From: a virus
Taxonomy: Duplodnaviria; Caudoviricetes
Length of the DNA: 43,337 nucleotides
Direction: 5' to 3' (one strand)
IMG/VR virus record: IMGVR_UViG_3300043220_000029
Location: 1-43,337 of that record
This document shows, one piece after another, positions 43,088 to 43,337 of this stretch. Position numbers and translations under genes: made by a program. The notes under the pieces are model-generated. The model saw only the letters and a list, made by a program, of their open reading frames with translations. It ran no database searches and was not told the DNA's origin. Positions within the stretch are counted from its first letter, which is position 1. Each line of letters begins with the position of its first letter.

Positions 43088-43337
43088 CTAGTCTACGAGC
43101 GCCTTGAGCTCCGTTATGAGCGCCGATGCTTGCTCCTTAGTCAGCGAGCCGAGAGTCACCTTCGTGCCCTCCACGGCTGCCGGCTGCGTCCGCTCCATCC
43201 AGTCGAATTGGCTGCGCTCGTCGTTGGGATACGCCTTGCCGAGCATGGCCCTGATTGCCTTCGTCTGTGGCAGCGTGATCCCGTGGCCGTTGCTCGGGGC
43301 GGGCTGCTCAACGGGCGCGGCGGCGGTGGCTTGGCGC
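43088..43337 (-). CDS. 3' part of the junction-spanning single-strand annealing protein
   Basis: In-frame continuation ending ...LGSLTKEQASALITELKALVD, with TAG at 43090-43088. Confidence 0.65.
   Translation of the reverse strand, partial: RQATAAAPVEQPAPSNGHGITLPQTKAIRAMLGKAYPNDERSQFDWMERTQPAAVEGTKVTLGSLTKEQASALITELKALVD
43211..43337. repeat. Terminal direct repeat, right copy
   Basis: Exact match to 1-127. Confidence 0.95.

Larger units (their letters stand above)
1..43337 (-). mobile_element. Complete circularised tailed bacteriophage genome (podovirus-like gene set), 43,210 bp unique
   Basis: Terminase, portal, capsid, tail and lysis genes are present; all credible CDS are co-oriented; the ends overlap by 127 bp and an ORF reads through the junction; no host housekeeping genes. 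Confidence 0.95.

Noticed and set aside
1-43337. Alternative genetic code, tRNA genes or an integration module
   Set aside because: Core genes are intact in code 11 and all three stops are used; no cloverleaf or recombinase motif was seen by eye (tRNAscan/HMM not run).

Overview
This window is an apparently complete, circularly assembled tailed-phage genome of 43,210 unique bp. Positions 1-127 are identical to 43211-43337, and an ORF reads across that junction. Every credible gene is on the minus strand. Transcription order: a leaderless ribbon-helix-helix regulator (4850), many small early genes, an exonuclease plus single-strand annealing protein, an HNH endonuclease, an ASCH protein, three DNA methyltransferases, J-domain, VRR-NUC, LuxR-HTH and replisome-organizer genes. 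Then come terS, terL, portal, large internal-virion proteins, scaffold, major capsid, adaptor, tail nozzle, tailspike/fibres and a lysis module. The layout is podovirus-like, and no integrase, DNA polymerase, helicase or tRNA was recognised. The host is unknown; weak hints point to a monoderm, possibly Chloroflexota. The most unusual element is a non-coding hierarchical array at ~34040-34352: nine 10-nt anchor repeats (minus strand TGACGNCGAG) separated by 3 nt plus 4-7 TG-NNN pentamers with variable triplets. It is a candidate programmable guide-like RNA array that is not CRISPR. Other highlights: a ~500-nt highly structured intergenic region, a hydrophobic ~81-aa leader on the major capsid protein, two late promoters sharing an identical 15-nt leader-hairpin arm, and a C5-methyltransferase with a nested alternative-frame partner. 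All product calls come from motif recognition by eye; no database searches were run.
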